Positions 36,672-46,830 of a stretch of 64,000 nt of DNA are shown in pieces (positions within the stretch are counted from its first letter, which is position 1; each line of letters begins with the position of its first letter). This DNA is from Candidatus Omnitrophota bacterium (GTDB lineage: Bacteria; Omnitrophota; Gorgyraeia; Gygaellales; Profunditerraquicolaceae), in NCBI GenBank assembly GCA_011620275.1, contig WOZK01000031.1, forward strand, positions 23,479 to 87,478, written 5' to 3'. Both the position numbers and the translations under genes were made by a program. The notes under the pieces are model-generated. The model did not search any database. It was not told the DNA's origin and was given only the letters and a program-made list of their open reading frames with translations.

Positions 36672-39377
36672 CTACTGCCGGCCGCGCACCTTTTTCACCA
36701 ATTCCACGCACCATAACGGTAAGGAAGAAAGGGCCACCATAACGACCCAGTCCAAAAGATCCGGCGAAGAAACGCTGAAGATGTCGGAGAAGAACGGCAT
36801 GTATACCGCCGCCAGCAAAAGCAGGAAAGAAACCAGCACCGCCGCCGCCAGCTTGGCGTTGGAGAATATACCGAGCGAAAAGATCGAGCGCTCCATGCTG
36901 CGGCAGTTGAAAGCATGAAAGAGCTGACTGCAGGAAAGCACGATGAAGGCAGCGGTCCGGGCCTCCATTAAATCCTGTTTGCGGACGAACAACTCGAAGA
37001 CAAAAGCGGCGAGACTGCAAAAAGCTATAAGCGCTCCCTGAAAAAGCATCAGCTTAAGACGCCCGCCGTCGATTATCTTTTCCTGCGGATCGCGCGGAGG
37101 TCTGGACATAACGTCCCGCTCTACGGGCTCCACTCCCAGTGCCAGGGCAGGCAGGCTGTCCGTTACCAGGTTAACCCAGAGTATGTGTATCGGCAAAAGC
37201 GGCACCGGCAGACCGAAGAGGGAAGCCGCGAACATAACCATAATCTCCCCCGTATTGCAGGAAAGCAGATAATGTATGAACTTACGAATGTTGCCGTATA
37301 TGCCGCGCCCTTCTTCCACCGCGGCGACTATAGAAGAGAAATTGTCGTCGGTAACGACCATATCGGAGACCTCTTTGGTAACATCCGTGCCGGTAATTCC
37401 CATGGCCACCCCGATGTCGGCTTCCTTCACCGCCGGGGCGTCATTGACTCCGTCTCCGGTCATGGCGACAATCTCGCCGCGGCCGCGCCAGGCCCGCACA
37501 ATCCTCAGTTTATGCTCCGGAGAAACCCTGGCATATACCGCGATATTCCCCACGCGGGCGGCGAACTCCTTTTCGGAAAGAAGGTCCAGGTCTTCTCCGC
37601 TCAAAGCGCCGGATCCGGAATCGAAAAATCCGAGGATGCGCGCCACCGCCACGGCGGTATTCTTATGATCACCGGTGATCATAACGGTGCGTATGCCGGC
37701 CCTTCTGCATCTGGACACAGCCTCCGCTGCCTCCGGACGGGGAGGATCCATCATGGCGATCAGCCCGCAAAAAACAAGATAACGTTCTATGAAATCCGGG
37801 TTATAATCCTCCGGCCGTCCGTCTAAAGGGCGGTAGGCGACGGCCAGGACGCGCATCGCGCCGTCAGCCAGGCTGTCGTTCAGCTCCAGTATCCGTTTTT
37901 TCTCTTCCGGAGAAAGCCTGCGCCTGGCCCCGTTCTCCTCAATCTCCGAGCAGTCCCCGAGAAGCACATCCGGGGCCCCCTTGACGAAGACGGTAAATCC
38001 GTCCCCCTCTCTACGCACTATACTCATTTTTTTGCGTTTCGGGTCAAAAGGGATCTCTTCCACGAACGGGAACTCTTTTTCCAGCGCCGATTTATCAATC
38101 CCCATTTTAGCCGCCGCGACCAATATCGCTCCCTCGGTAGGGTCTCCGACAACACTGGTCCTGCCGGAAGAGAACACCAGTTCGGCGCCGTTGCAAAGAA
38201 CGCCGCACAGCAGCGCCTTTTTCAACTCCGGATAATCGAGAGGATTTATCTTACTGCCGCCCAGGAGAAAATCCCCCTCGGGGGAATACCCGCTGCCCTC
38301 CACAGAGAATACGCGGCCTGGAAAAGCTACACGCTGCACGGTCATTTCATTTTTGGTCAAGGTCCCGGTTTTATCTGTGCAGATAACCGTGGCGCAGCCC
38401 AGAGTCTCCACCGAAGGAAGCTTCCTGATCAAAGCATTGCGTTTGACCATACGCTGCACACCGAGGGCCAAAGCCACCGTGACCACCGCCGGCAGTCCTT
38501 CCGGAATGGCCGCCACTGCGAGGCTGACCGCGGTAAGAAAAACATCCAGCATCCTTCCGCCGCGCAGCATTTCCAGGACAAAAACGATACCCACCAACGC
38601 GAAACAAATATATACTATCCATCTGCCGAACTCTTCCAGCTTGCGTTGCAGAGGCGTCTGTTCCGAGGCTTGCTGCTGTATCATGCCGGCTATCCTACCG
38701 AGCTCAGTGCTCATCCCGGTGTTGACTACCAGTGCTCTGGCTTTACCCGTCACCACGGATGTCCCCATGTAGATCATATTTGCCCTGTCGGCCAGGCCGG
38801 CATCGGCTATATTTAAAGGAAGTTCGGTCTTGTTTACCGGTATCGACTCCCCGGTAAGACTGGCTTCCTGGACCGCGAAATTACGCGTAACCCAGCAAAC
38901 ACGGCAGTCCGCCTGGAGATTATCCCCCGCCTCTATTTCAATCAGGTCTCCCGGGACCAGTTCGCGGGAAGGAAGCATTCCACGCACGCCGCTGCGTATT
39001 ATGCGGGATACCGGGCTGGACATTTTCTTCAACGCCGCCAGAGACTTCTCCGCGCGATACTCCTGCAGGAATCCGAGAAAAGCGTTCAGTACCACCACAG
39101 CCAGAATCGCCAGCGCGTCGCCCCACTCGTTCAAAAAACCGGATATGACCGCGGCCGCGATCAGCACCCAGATGATGAAACTCTTGAACTGGGCAATGAA
39201 AATCTCAAACGCCGAATCGTGCGCGGCCTCCTTCAATTCGTTGGGTCCGTATTCGCGCAAACGGTCGCCGGCTGCCTGCAGGGAAAGCCCTTTATTCAGG
39301 TCCGTCCCGAGTTCCCTGGCCGCATCGACGGCGTCTTTCTGCCACCATTTAATCATAGCGTCACGTTCAGTGGTCAC
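36672..39377 (-). CDS. P-type cation-transporting ATPase (type IIA, Ca2+-like)
   Basis: TGES, PEGL, DKTGTLT, KGAP, DPPR, TGDGVND and NLVTDSLPA. Confidence 0.96.
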   Translation of the reverse strand: MTTERDAMIKWWQKDAVDAARELGTDLNKGLSLQAAGDRLREYGPNELKEAAHDSAFEIFIAQFKSFIIWVLIAAAVISGFLNEWGDALAILAVVVLNAFLGFLQEYRAEKSLAALKKMSSPVSRIIRSGVRGMLPSRELVPGDLIEIEAGDNLQADCRVCWVTRNFAVQEASLTGESIPVNKTELPLNIADAGLADRANMIYMGTSVVTGKARALVVNTGMSTELGRIAGMIQQQASEQTPLQRKLEEFGRWIVYICFALVGIVFVLEMLRGGRMLDVFLTAVSLAVAAIPEGLPAVVTVALALGVQRMVKRNALIRKLPSVETLGCATVICTDKTGTLTKNEMTVQRVAFPGRVFSVEGSGYSPEGDFLLGGSKINPLDYPELKKALLCGVLCNGAELVFSSGRTSVVGDPTEGAILVAAAKMGIDKSALEKEFPFVEEIPFDPKRKKMSIVRREGDGFTVFVKGAPDVLLGDCSEIEENGARRRLSPEEKKRILELNDSLADGAMRVLAVAYRPLDGRPEDYNPDFIERYLVFCGLIAMMDPPRPEAAEAVSRCRRAGIRTVMITGDHKNTAVAVARILGFFDSGSGALSGEDLDLLSEKEFAARVGNIAVYARVSPEHKLRIVRAWRGRGEIVAMTGDGVNDAPAVKEADIGVAMGITGTDVTKEVSDMVVTDDNFSSIVAAVEEGRGIYGNIRKFIHYLLSCNTGEIMVMFAASLFGLPVPLLPIHILWVNLVTDSLPALALGVEPVERDVMSRPPRDPQEKIIDGGRLKLMLFQGALIAFCSLAAFVFELFVRKQDLMEARTAAFIVLSCSQLFHAFNCRSMERSIFSLGIFSNAKLAAAVLVSFLLLLAAVYMPFFSDIFSVSSPDLLDWVVMVALSSLPLWCVELVKKVRGRQ

Positions 39378-39542
39378 TCCGCAGCCTTTCTATCGTATAT
39401 CCAGTTCACTACTACGCTGTTAAATAAATTCTTTAAACAGCGCACGGAATCCGCCAACGCTTCAGTGGCGGACGGTCAACTTTCTACTTTCGATTCTCAA
39501 ATATTAAGAACTCGTTTTACAATGAACTTATGTAACAATACA

Positions 39543-40565
39543 CTACCATCCTCCGGGAAATACCCCCGGGATCTTCTCCCCGCAAAAACGGCATTTTCCG
39601 TTATGCATCCCGCAATTCCGGATATGGAATACTTCCCTTTTTATCAAAAGCTCCCGGCACTTATGACAATGCGTATCTGCGCCCCAGCCCGAAACGTTGC
39701 CGGCGTAAACATAAGGAAGCCCGGCCCGCTTGCCGGTCTCCACCGCCTCCCTCACAAGCAGCTCAGGGGTGGATTGAAATGCGCCGAATTTATAATCCGG
39801 GTGGAACCGCGAGATATGCCAGGGTATATTGCGGTCGAGAGAAGCGATAAACCCCGCCAGCCCTTCGAGCTCCTCCCTGGAGTCGTTCAAGCCCGGTATC
39901 AACAGCGTGGTAAGTTCCACCCAAATGCCGAGCTTTTTCATCAAGCGCACCGATTCCAGGACCGGCCTCAACGCCGCCCCGCAGTGTTTGCGGTATGAGT
40001 CATCCCTGAAAAATTTTATATCCACGTTGGCCGCGTCCAGCCAGGGAGCGACGGCCTCCAAAGCCCGGCGGCTCATATAACCGTTGGTAACGAAAACGTT
40101 TTTCAGCCCTTGCTCCCGCGCCGCTTTGCAAGTATCAAGAGCGTATTCCATAAATACCGTCGGTTCGGTATAAGTATATGAAACGCCGGCGCACCCGTTC
40201 TCCACCGCCGATTCCACTATTTTCTCCGGTGGGAATTCTTCTGCCGGCGGCGCTCCGTCATAAAAAGAAACGTCCTGTGATATCTGCCAGTTCTGGCAGA
40301 ACCCGCACTTGAAATTGCACCCGGGAAAGGCAATAGACATGCTCAAGGAACCGGGAAGAAAATGATACAGCGGCTTTTTCTCCACCGGGTCGGCGTTCCT
40401 GCAAACGGGATTGCCGTAGGCGTGCGTCATCAATATGCCGTCCTTGTTGAAACGGACCCCGCAGATACCGCTGCCGCCGGGCAATATACGGCAGGAATGA
40501 CGGCAAAGCAGACAGCGCACCGCGCCGCCGGACTGCTTCACGTACAATATGGCTTCTTTGTCCAT
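39543..40565 (-). CDS. amrS: AmmeMemoRadiSam system radical SAM enzyme
   Basis: DPVEKKPLYHF, GCNFKCGFCQN, YTYTEP and YAGNV. Confidence 0.93.
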   Translation of the reverse strand: MDKEAILYVKQSGGAVRCLLCRHSCRILPGGSGICGVRFNKDGILMTHAYGNPVCRNADPVEKKPLYHFLPGSLSMSIAFPGCNFKCGFCQNWQISQDVSFYDGAPPAEEFPPEKIVESAVENGCAGVSYTYTEPTVFMEYALDTCKAAREQGLKNVFVTNGYMSRRALEAVAPWLDAANVDIKFFRDDSYRKHCGAALRPVLESVRLMKKLGIWVELTTLLIPGLNDSREELEGLAGFIASLDRNIPWHISRFHPDYKFGAFQSTPELLVREAVETGKRAGLPYVYAGNVSGWGADTHCHKCRELLIKREVFHIRNCGMHNGKCRFCGEKIPGVFPGGW

Positions 40566-40580
40566 GGTCAGCGACGGACC

Positions 40581-41288
40581 TCAGCGTATCAATGCCACCT
40601 CGTCTATATACAACACTACCTCTATCTGCTCCGTCTTCAGGTCTACCGGCCGCTCCGTGACGATACCGAGGACCTCGAACTGATAGGACTTCACCCCGTT
40701 ATCAACCCTGCTCAAAGAGGTTTTGTCGTCTCCGGTACCCGTCCATTTCACGCTGTTCCAGTCGCGCTGATAGTCATAGCGTGTGGTCAATTCCTTGAAA
40801 TACACCCGCTCCTCAAGCCACTCCCCGGTATGCACGATCCTGGAGGCACGCAGTATCTCTCCATCCCCATCTATGATATCGGTGGCGATCTTGACCATCA
40901 CAGGTCTCTGCTCCGTACCTTTGACGGGTTCGACAAATATTTTGTAAGAGATCCCGGATATTTCATCCCAATCCAATCTTGCCGGCCGATTCTCCCACTC
41001 GCATCTTTTTTCGATAAGGCCCTGCCCGCAGGCCAGAAAATTATAACTTCCCGGGATGAGCTTCAGGCTCAATTTAAGAGACCTGCCGAACGGAGACGCG
41101 CTCCTGGAGGAACTTCCCACCGCGAGATTAAAATCGCGGCTGCCGTATTCCACTCTTTTTACCGCGTCCCTGGAATCGAACCTGCTTATCACTACCCGGC
41201 GCGGATTAGCCGGGCGCAGAAGTGTGCCGGCGATAACGACCGCCGCCGATACGATCAACAAAACAGCTGTTTTTCTCAACCTGGTCAT
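40581..41288 (-). CDS. Hypothetical exported protein (possible beta-sandwich/CBM-like fold)
   Basis: N-terminal anchor, LDWDEISGISY and a terminal LYIDEV. AGGAGG RBS. Confidence 0.6.
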   Translation of the reverse strand: MTRLRKTAVLLIVSAAVVIAGTLLRPANPRRVVISRFDSRDAVKRVEYGSRDFNLAVGSSSRSASPFGRSLKLSLKLIPGSYNFLACGQGLIEKRCEWENRPARLDWDEISGISYKIFVEPVKGTEQRPVMVKIATDIIDGDGEILRASRIVHTGEWLEERVYFKELTTRYDYQRDWNSVKWTGTGDDKTSLSRVDNGVKSYQFEVLGIVTERPVDLKTEQIEVVLYIDEVALIR

Positions 41289-41330
41289 TTTTCCTCCTTG
41301 AAGTTTTTATCCCGGCGGCGAAACACAGAA

Positions 41331-42356
41331 TTATTTACCTATGCGGAATGCCTCCAGAGCCTTTTCGTCAGCCGGTAAACAATACGAAATTGTCTCCGCG
41401 CCTCCCGCCTGCACCCTGTGGGATATCTTTACTCCGCAGCCCGGAGCCGGACGGCAGTAATAAGCCAGAAGCGAACCAGACAATGCTATAAGGCCGACAT
41501 CAAACTCCCCTCTGGCCAGGGCGACCGGGCCGGACACATCTATGGTATAAAAAAGGACATCGCCCGGTCCGGCAAAGGATTCCAGTAACCCGTTTTCTTC
41601 CTCATCTCTTCCCACTATGAGCTTTGTTTTTTCGGAAAGCCTGAAATGCCTGCCGAACTTGAGCAGTTCAAATCCTCTCCTCTCCAGTCCTTCGTGGCAG
41701 CAAAGGTCGCGCAGACGCCCGGAAAAGATCGGATCAGTAAGCAAGCATCCTCCGGCGGCATTCACCGGTTCTTTTATCCCCACAGACTCCGCCAGGCGCA
41801 ATTGCGCCTGCCTGGACCGCCCGCTTAGACTGAGCAATTTTGCGCGCTCCACCCATCCTTGTTTTTCAGGTATGGTCTCCGGTAGTATCCGGCCGGAAAG
41901 AGGCCTCAAGATCAAACCGGGAATACCGCTTTCGCGGTCGGCGATCTCCAAAGATTGTCTGCGCTGGGACATGCCGCGCTGCCCCAGGACTTCCCCGGTA
42001 ACTACAAAATCGGCTCCCGCCCGCCGCATGAACTCCGCGCCTTTCTTCAGCATCAGTATCCGGCAGTCCAGACACGGATTCATATTGGAACCGAAGCCGT
42101 ATTCGGGAGACTTCAAGAGAGCGACGGCCTCCCCGGAAGCGTCAACCCCGGCAAGGGGCACTCCCGCCCATTCTTCCAGACGGGAAATCAACCTGCTTTT
42201 TGCTCCCGTTCTATCGCGCTCGCGCGGCAGATAAGGCAGCAGGACCTTCAGAGGCAAGACTGTTATCCCCTGATCGATCATCAGTCTGGCGGCGAGTATA
42301 CTGTCCAGGCCGCCTGAAATAAGCGCTACGGCTTTTATCGGTTTTTTTCGGGACAT
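41331..42356 (-). CDS. ThiI-like PP-loop tRNA sulfurtransferase (DUF814-associated type)
   Basis: ISGGLDS, NPCLDC, TGEVLGQR, GGCLLTD and GRHFRL. Confidence 0.85.
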   Translation of the reverse strand: MSRKKPIKAVALISGGLDSILAARLMIDQGITVLPLKVLLPYLPRERDRTGAKSRLISRLEEWAGVPLAGVDASGEAVALLKSPEYGFGSNMNPCLDCRILMLKKGAEFMRRAGADFVVTGEVLGQRGMSQRRQSLEIADRESGIPGLILRPLSGRILPETIPEKQGWVERAKLLSLSGRSRQAQLRLAESVGIKEPVNAAGGCLLTDPIFSGRLRDLCCHEGLERRGFELLKFGRHFRLSEKTKLIVGRDEEENGLLESFAGPGDVLFYTIDVSGPVALARGEFDVGLIALSGSLLAYYCRPAPGCGVKISHRVQAGGAETISYCLPADEKALEAFRIGK

Positions 42357-42438
42357 TTCCTACGGCCCTCTTTGCAAAACACGCACAAATAATACCCCAT
42401 TTTCTGAAATAAGTTCGGTAACGGGCCCGCCGAAACGG

Positions 42439-43797
42439 TTATTCCGTAAGGCGGACTGCAGGCAGGTTTTTCAAAGAACGTCTGATTTCGGCGGCAGGAT
42501 GGGAAAAATTTTTCAGCTCTCCGCCGAGAAACTTGTCATAAGACGCGAGGTCGAGGAAACCGTGCCCGCTGAAGTTAAAAAGAATGCACGCGCCTTTGGG
42601 CGCCCTTTTTGCCGCGTCGATGACAGCCTTAACGGCGTGCGCGGTCTCCGGGGCAGGAACGATGCCCTCGGTCCGGGCAAAAGCCAGAGCGGCCTTAAAA
42701 ACTTCCAGCTGCGGATAAGACCGGGCCTCGACTATCTTCTTTCTGCAAAGCAGGCTTACCAGAGGAGAACATCCGTGATATCTTAAACCTCCGGCGTGTA
42801 TGGAAGGCGGCATAAATTTGTGTCCGAGAGTGAACATCTTTAACAGCGGCGTGAGAGAAGCGGTGTCTCCAAAATCGTACTCATACAAGCCCCTGGTCAG
42901 GGTGGGGCAGGCGGAAGGTTCGACCGCTATTATGCGCATCTCCGGACGCCTGCGCAATTTGTCCGCCACGAAGGGAAAAGCCAATCCGCCGAAATTACTG
43001 CCGCCGCCTACGCATCCGATCACAAAATCCGGCGTCTCTCCGATAAGTTTAAGCTGCTCCTTGGCCTCCTGCCCGATGACAGTCTGGTGTAGAAGAACGT
43101 GGTTCAACACGCTGCCAAGGGCGTAATTGGTATCCTTTCTGCCGGCGGCATCCTCCACCGCTTCAGAAATAGCCACCCCGAGACTCCCGCGGCATCCAGG
43201 ATCTTCCTTGAGTATGGCTCGCCCGCAAACAGTGGTCTTTGAAGGGGAAGCGACGACATCCGCGCCCCAGATTTTCATCAATGAACGCCGAAAAGGTTTC
43301 TGGTTGTAACTTACCTTTACCATATAAATCATACACTTCAAGGAGAAGACGTTGCAGGCGAAACTCAACGCCGCGCCCCACTGGCCGGCCCCGGTCTCGG
43401 TAGTCAAACGGCGTATACCTTCTTTTTTGTTGAAATATGCCTGCGCTATGGAAGTATTGATCTTGTGGCTGCCGGTGGGCGAAACACTTTCGTCTTTATA
43501 GTAAATGCGCGTTTTAGTTCCAAGATACTTCTCCAGCCGCAAAGCCCTCTTCAAAGGGGTGGGCCTCCAAAGCCTGTAAATATCCCTTACCGCGGCCGGG
43601 ATAGCGAACTCTTTCTGCCGGCCCATCTCCTGCCGGATTAATGAAAGAGGGAATATTGTATGCAGGTTCTTCGCCGACAACGGCCGGCCGGTGGCAGGGT
43701 TCAGTGCCGGAGGAGCGGGAAAAGGCAGATCGGCAAGCAGATTATACCAGACTGTCGGTATATGCTTCTCCGACAGAATGACTTTACTTTCATCCAT
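42439..43797 (-). CDS. trpB2: TrpB2-type tryptophan synthase beta-like PLP enzyme
   Basis: [35 protein letters not shown] and SGHG. Confidence 0.93.
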   Translation of the reverse strand: MDESKVILSEKHIPTVWYNLLADLPFPAPPALNPATGRPLSAKNLHTIFPLSLIRQEMGRQKEFAIPAAVRDIYRLWRPTPLKRALRLEKYLGTKTRIYYKDESVSPTGSHKINTSIAQAYFNKKEGIRRLTTETGAGQWGAALSFACNVFSLKCMIYMVKVSYNQKPFRRSLMKIWGADVVASPSKTTVCGRAILKEDPGCRGSLGVAISEAVEDAAGRKDTNYALGSVLNHVLLHQTVIGQEAKEQLKLIGETPDFVIGCVGGGSNFGGLAFPFVADKLRRRPEMRIIAVEPSACPTLTRGLYEYDFGDTASLTPLLKMFTLGHKFMPPSIHAGGLRYHGCSPLVSLLCRKKIVEARSYPQLEVFKAALAFARTEGIVPAPETAHAVKAVIDAAKRAPKGACILFNFSGHGFLDLASYDKFLGGELKNFSHPAAEIRRSLKNLPAVRLTE

Positions 43798-43804
43798 AAT
43801 ACAC

Positions 43805-43885
43805 CTATCCCTGGCAGGGCTTTCTCCCTTTATTCGCCTTCTTGGAACGCCAGTTCAATTTACCTCTGCGTTTTCTTTTCCCCAT
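43805..43885 (-). CDS. Small basic peptide (26 aa), bL37-like
   Basis: AAAGGAAGG RBS followed by [26 protein letters not shown]. The stop lies 7 nt before the trpB2 ATG. Confidence 0.6.
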   Translation of the reverse strand: MGKRKRRGKLNWRSKKANKGRKPCQG

Positions 43886-43951
43886 TTTTACCTTCCTTTC
43901 AATCGTCTCCGCACGGCCGGCAGAAGCGGACCGTGAGGTACGGACGTATAT

Positions 43952-44701
43952 TTACTCCCGATATTTGTAATAATTGGCGGGTACCGCCTGTACGATATAT
44001 CTTACGGCCTCTACCATGCAGCTCCTTATGGCATTCTCCATCGGGGCTCCCGAATAACGCGAAAGCCCCCCCCCCAATATCCATCCTTCCGGAGTCCCCG
44101 CAGAAGATTTAATGGATACATCGGAATCGGAAGCCTGCCCTTGCACTTTATTGGAAGCGACCACCTCGGAATTGGCGGCATTCACTATCCTTATTTCCAG
44201 GGCGACATGCGCTTTATTTACCGAAGCCCCGAGCAACCCTCCCAAAACACCGCTGGACACGCCGCCGCCGCCGCCCAGCCCTTCTCTGCCGCCGGATGCC
44301 TGCGGTTCGAACTCATTGACACTGACGGTTATTATCAAATCCGCGGAGGGGAGCTGCTTGTCTTTCAGTCCGGCGGGGAGAGCGCCGTTGACGCCGCCCG
44401 TCGGGGTCTCCTGAACGGCAGGCAAATCAAGCACTGCGAAACGCCCGCTGTTGACAATTCCGCTCAACAGCAGATCCCGTAAAGCGGCACCGGTCTCCGC
44501 GTCGTTTTCTTCCGACTTTACCTCGAATGCAGCAACGGCAATCCTCGCTTTCGGCCCGGAATAAGCCGGCAAAGGAATCACTCCCGCTTTACTTTCGGAT
44601 CTGCCGCCCTTTACGGCGATCCCCAGTCTCTGGCATCCGCCGAACAGCAGTACCAGGCTTGAAAAAAGAAAAACCTGAACAAGTAATCTTCTCAAAATCA
44701 C
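43952..44701 (-). CDS. CsgG/HfaB-family lipoprotein
   Basis: Lipobox FGGC, GPKARIAVAAFE, SGRFAVL, ADLII...EFEP and a Gly-rich loop. Confidence 0.8.
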   Translation of the reverse strand: MILRRLLVQVFLFSSLVLLFGGCQRLGIAVKGGRSESKAGVIPLPAYSGPKARIAVAAFEVKSEENDAETGAALRDLLLSGIVNSGRFAVLDLPAVQETPTGGVNGALPAGLKDKQLPSADLIITVSVNEFEPQASGGREGLGGGGGVSSGVLGGLLGASVNKAHVALEIRIVNAANSEVVASNKVQGQASDSDVSIKSSAGTPEGWILGGGLSRYSGAPMENAIRSCMVEAVRYIVQAVPANYYKYRE

Positions 44702-44767
44702 CTCTGCGGGAACAATTCTTTCACGCGGGCCCCGCCTCGAAACCGGGCCACAATGGGTTATTCTATA

Positions 44768-45421
44768 TTATAACACCAGACGGGTCAAGATTTTTCGGAG
44801 ATCACCGAGGCTGCGCACTATCTTCCAGGGCGAGAACGGTTTTATCTCTTCCTTCTTTCCGGAACCGGTCAGCACGATCGCGGTCCTCACCCCGGCGCGT
44901 AGGCCGGTCAAGGCATCGATCCCCATATCGCCTACATACAAAGCGCCGGTGCGTTTTATACCGAGTTTGCTCAAGATCAAACGCAGGATCAGCGGATTCG
45001 GTTTGCCTTTCTTCAATTTATCCGCGCAAAGCACGTAAACGAAATATTTATCGAGGGCGAAATTACCAATCAATATCCTGGAGAAACGTGTGGGGCGGTT
45101 GCTGGCCACGGCCATTAGTACGCCTTTTTTCTTCAGATATGCCATCAGCTTCGCCGCGCCGGGGAGCAGCCGCGATTTTCTGCGCAAGGCCCCGGCGTGG
45201 TGTTTTCTGTATATGCCCAGCGCCTTCTTTAGGGATTTCTTGGGAACGAACGGACGCAGCAATCCGGCATCCCCCCATCCAACGGCCCTGCGGACCACCG
45301 CCGCCGGTGCCGGCGGCAAACCCAAGCACCGCATAACATGATTAAAACTTTCCGTTATGGCCGGATAAGCATCTACCAGCGTCCCATCCAGATCGAATAT
45401 TACAAGCTTTATCTTTTCCAT
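44768..45421 (-). CDS. HAD-family hydrolase (phosphoglycolate phosphatase-like)
   Basis: FDLDGTLVD, KPNP and YVGD. Confidence 0.92.
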   Translation of the reverse strand: MEKIKLVIFDLDGTLVDAYPAITESFNHVMRCLGLPPAPAAVVRRAVGWGDAGLLRPFVPKKSLKKALGIYRKHHAGALRRKSRLLPGAAKLMAYLKKKGVLMAVASNRPTRFSRILIGNFALDKYFVYVLCADKLKKGKPNPLILRLILSKLGIKRTGALYVGDMGIDALTGLRAGVRTAIVLTGSGKKEEIKPFSPWKIVRSLGDLRKILTRLVL

Positions 45422-45471
45422 CTTTTGAGCGAGCCGGAAAAACCGAACAGCGGACGCAGTGTTAATCCCAG

Positions 45472-45502
45472 GAAAAAGGCAGGCTTAAAGCCTGCCTTTT
45501 TC
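45472..45502. terminator. Intrinsic terminator (bidirectional form)
   Basis: GAAAAAGGCAGGCT-TAA-AGCCTGCCTTTTTC, a perfect inverted repeat. Confidence 0.85.
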
Positions 45503-45544
45503 AATGTAACGCCGGATCTCTTTGTTTCGGTTCCTGAACTCTGA

Positions 45545-45997
45545 TTAATCGCCGCTCTGCGCGTCGGAAGCGGGCGGCGGCTCCTGGAGGTACTCCTCCG
45601 GAGAATTCTGGGCGTCTTCCATTTTTTCCACGCTGATATTTACTGCCGCATTATTTCCGCCCGTGTCCGAAACGTAATCAACACTCACTATATCCTGCGC
45701 CTTAAGTTCGGAAATATCTTTTATATTCTCGTAAGAGGTTTTGTTGTCTACAGACAGGCTTATCTCTTTCTCGTTGTCTGTTTCATAATCAAGGTATCTC
45801 ACGATGACCTGTTTCTTGGCGGCATCTACCAGAACGACCTCTCCCCAAAGCCACTGCACCTCTTTTATCCCGCTGTCGGCGATGGCCTGATTCTCCACCG
45901 CTTTATTGTCCCGGCTTAATTCCTCGGCCAGGCACGTTCCACCGGCGAAAAAGAACGCCGCAGCAACCGCCGTGAATAGCACTTTGCATATCTTCAT
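45545..45997 (-). CDS. Hypothetical secreted protein (OB-fold/DUF5666-like)
   Basis: Signal peptide and WLWGEVVLVD...DIVSVDY. AGGAGG RBS at MKICKV. Confidence 0.65.
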   Translation of the reverse strand: MKICKVLFTAVAAAFFFAGGTCLAEELSRDNKAVENQAIADSGIKEVQWLWGEVVLVDAAKKQVIVRYLDYETDNEKEISLSVDNKTSYENIKDISELKAQDIVSVDYVSDTGGNNAAVNISVEKMEDAQNSPEEYLQEPPPASDAQSGD

Positions 45998-46101
45998 TCC
46001 GACTCCTCCTTTGCCGCCGGACGGCTCATCCGGAAACGCCTCCGCCACGCCACAATTTAGCATACGCCTTGCTCTTTGTCAAGACGGGTAAAAACCGCGC
46101 G

Positions 46102-46677
46102 TCAACGCGTAATTTCTTTTATCCGCGGAGCTGCGGCGATATAGATACCGGCCGCAAGCACGGCTTTCAGGATATCGCCCGGCACGAAGACCCAAAAGCC
46201 GCAAAGCATCGCCTGCTTCCCGCTGTAACCGCATGCCGTCTTCAGCCAGAGTGTGCCGCAGGCAAGTAAGACAAAATCCGCCAGCAGAAAAACCGCGGCC
46301 GCGCGGAGAACGCTTTTGTCGATCGCAATGGAACGGGAAAGAGAAGGGACAACTAACTGCGCCGCCATAAAACCCACTAAATATCCGCCGGTGACGCCCT
46401 GGAAGTAAGACAGACCCGCGCCGCTGCCGGTAAAAACCCCTAACCCGGCGGCCCCGGCGCATACATACAGGACCTGCGCGGCCATCCCCATCCGTGCCCC
46501 CAGAAGCGCTGCCGACAAAAGAACAAAGAAAGTCTGCAGGGTCAGCGGAACGGGAGTAAAAGGCAGCGGGATGCGCACGTGCGCTCCCAGGGTAATGGCT
46601 GCCGCAAAAGAAACAATAAGAATTATTCTCGATAATACCTTACCTAAAACAATCTCCCTTTTCAATATAGCTTCCAT
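46102..46677 (-). CDS. bioY: Biotin transporter
   Basis: IPLPFTPVPLTLQT, TGGYLVGF and FVPGDILK. Confidence 0.93.
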   Translation of the reverse strand: MEAILKREIVLGKVLSRIILIVSFAAAITLGAHVRIPLPFTPVPLTLQTFFVLLSAALLGARMGMAAQVLYVCAGAAGLGVFTGSGAGLSYFQGVTGGYLVGFMAAQLVVPSLSRSIAIDKSVLRAAAVFLLADFVLLACGTLWLKTACGYSGKQAMLCGFWVFVPGDILKAVLAAGIYIAAAPRIKEITR

Positions 46678-46781
46678 TCCGTCATCTCCCTGTCCCTTAA
46701 CATTGTTACTGAAAACATCGCCTTGTCGGACGTCATCCGCGCCTTATATTTTTTATACCGGATATAGCGAAAATTTACCGC

Positions 46782-46821
46782 GCATAAGCCGGGAACCCGT
46801 TATGCGGCTCCCGGCTTATGC
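46782..46821. terminator. Stem-loop downstream of the small membrane protein gene
   Basis: GCATAAGCCGGGA-N14-TCCCGGCTTATGC (13-bp stem) with no clear U-tract. Confidence 0.5.
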
Positions 46822-46830
46822 CTGAATCGA

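Noticed and set aside
46690-46720. BirA operator upstream of bioY
   Set aside because: TAACA-T-TGTTA is palindromic but does not fit the TGTtAAC-N14/16-GTTaACA spacing.
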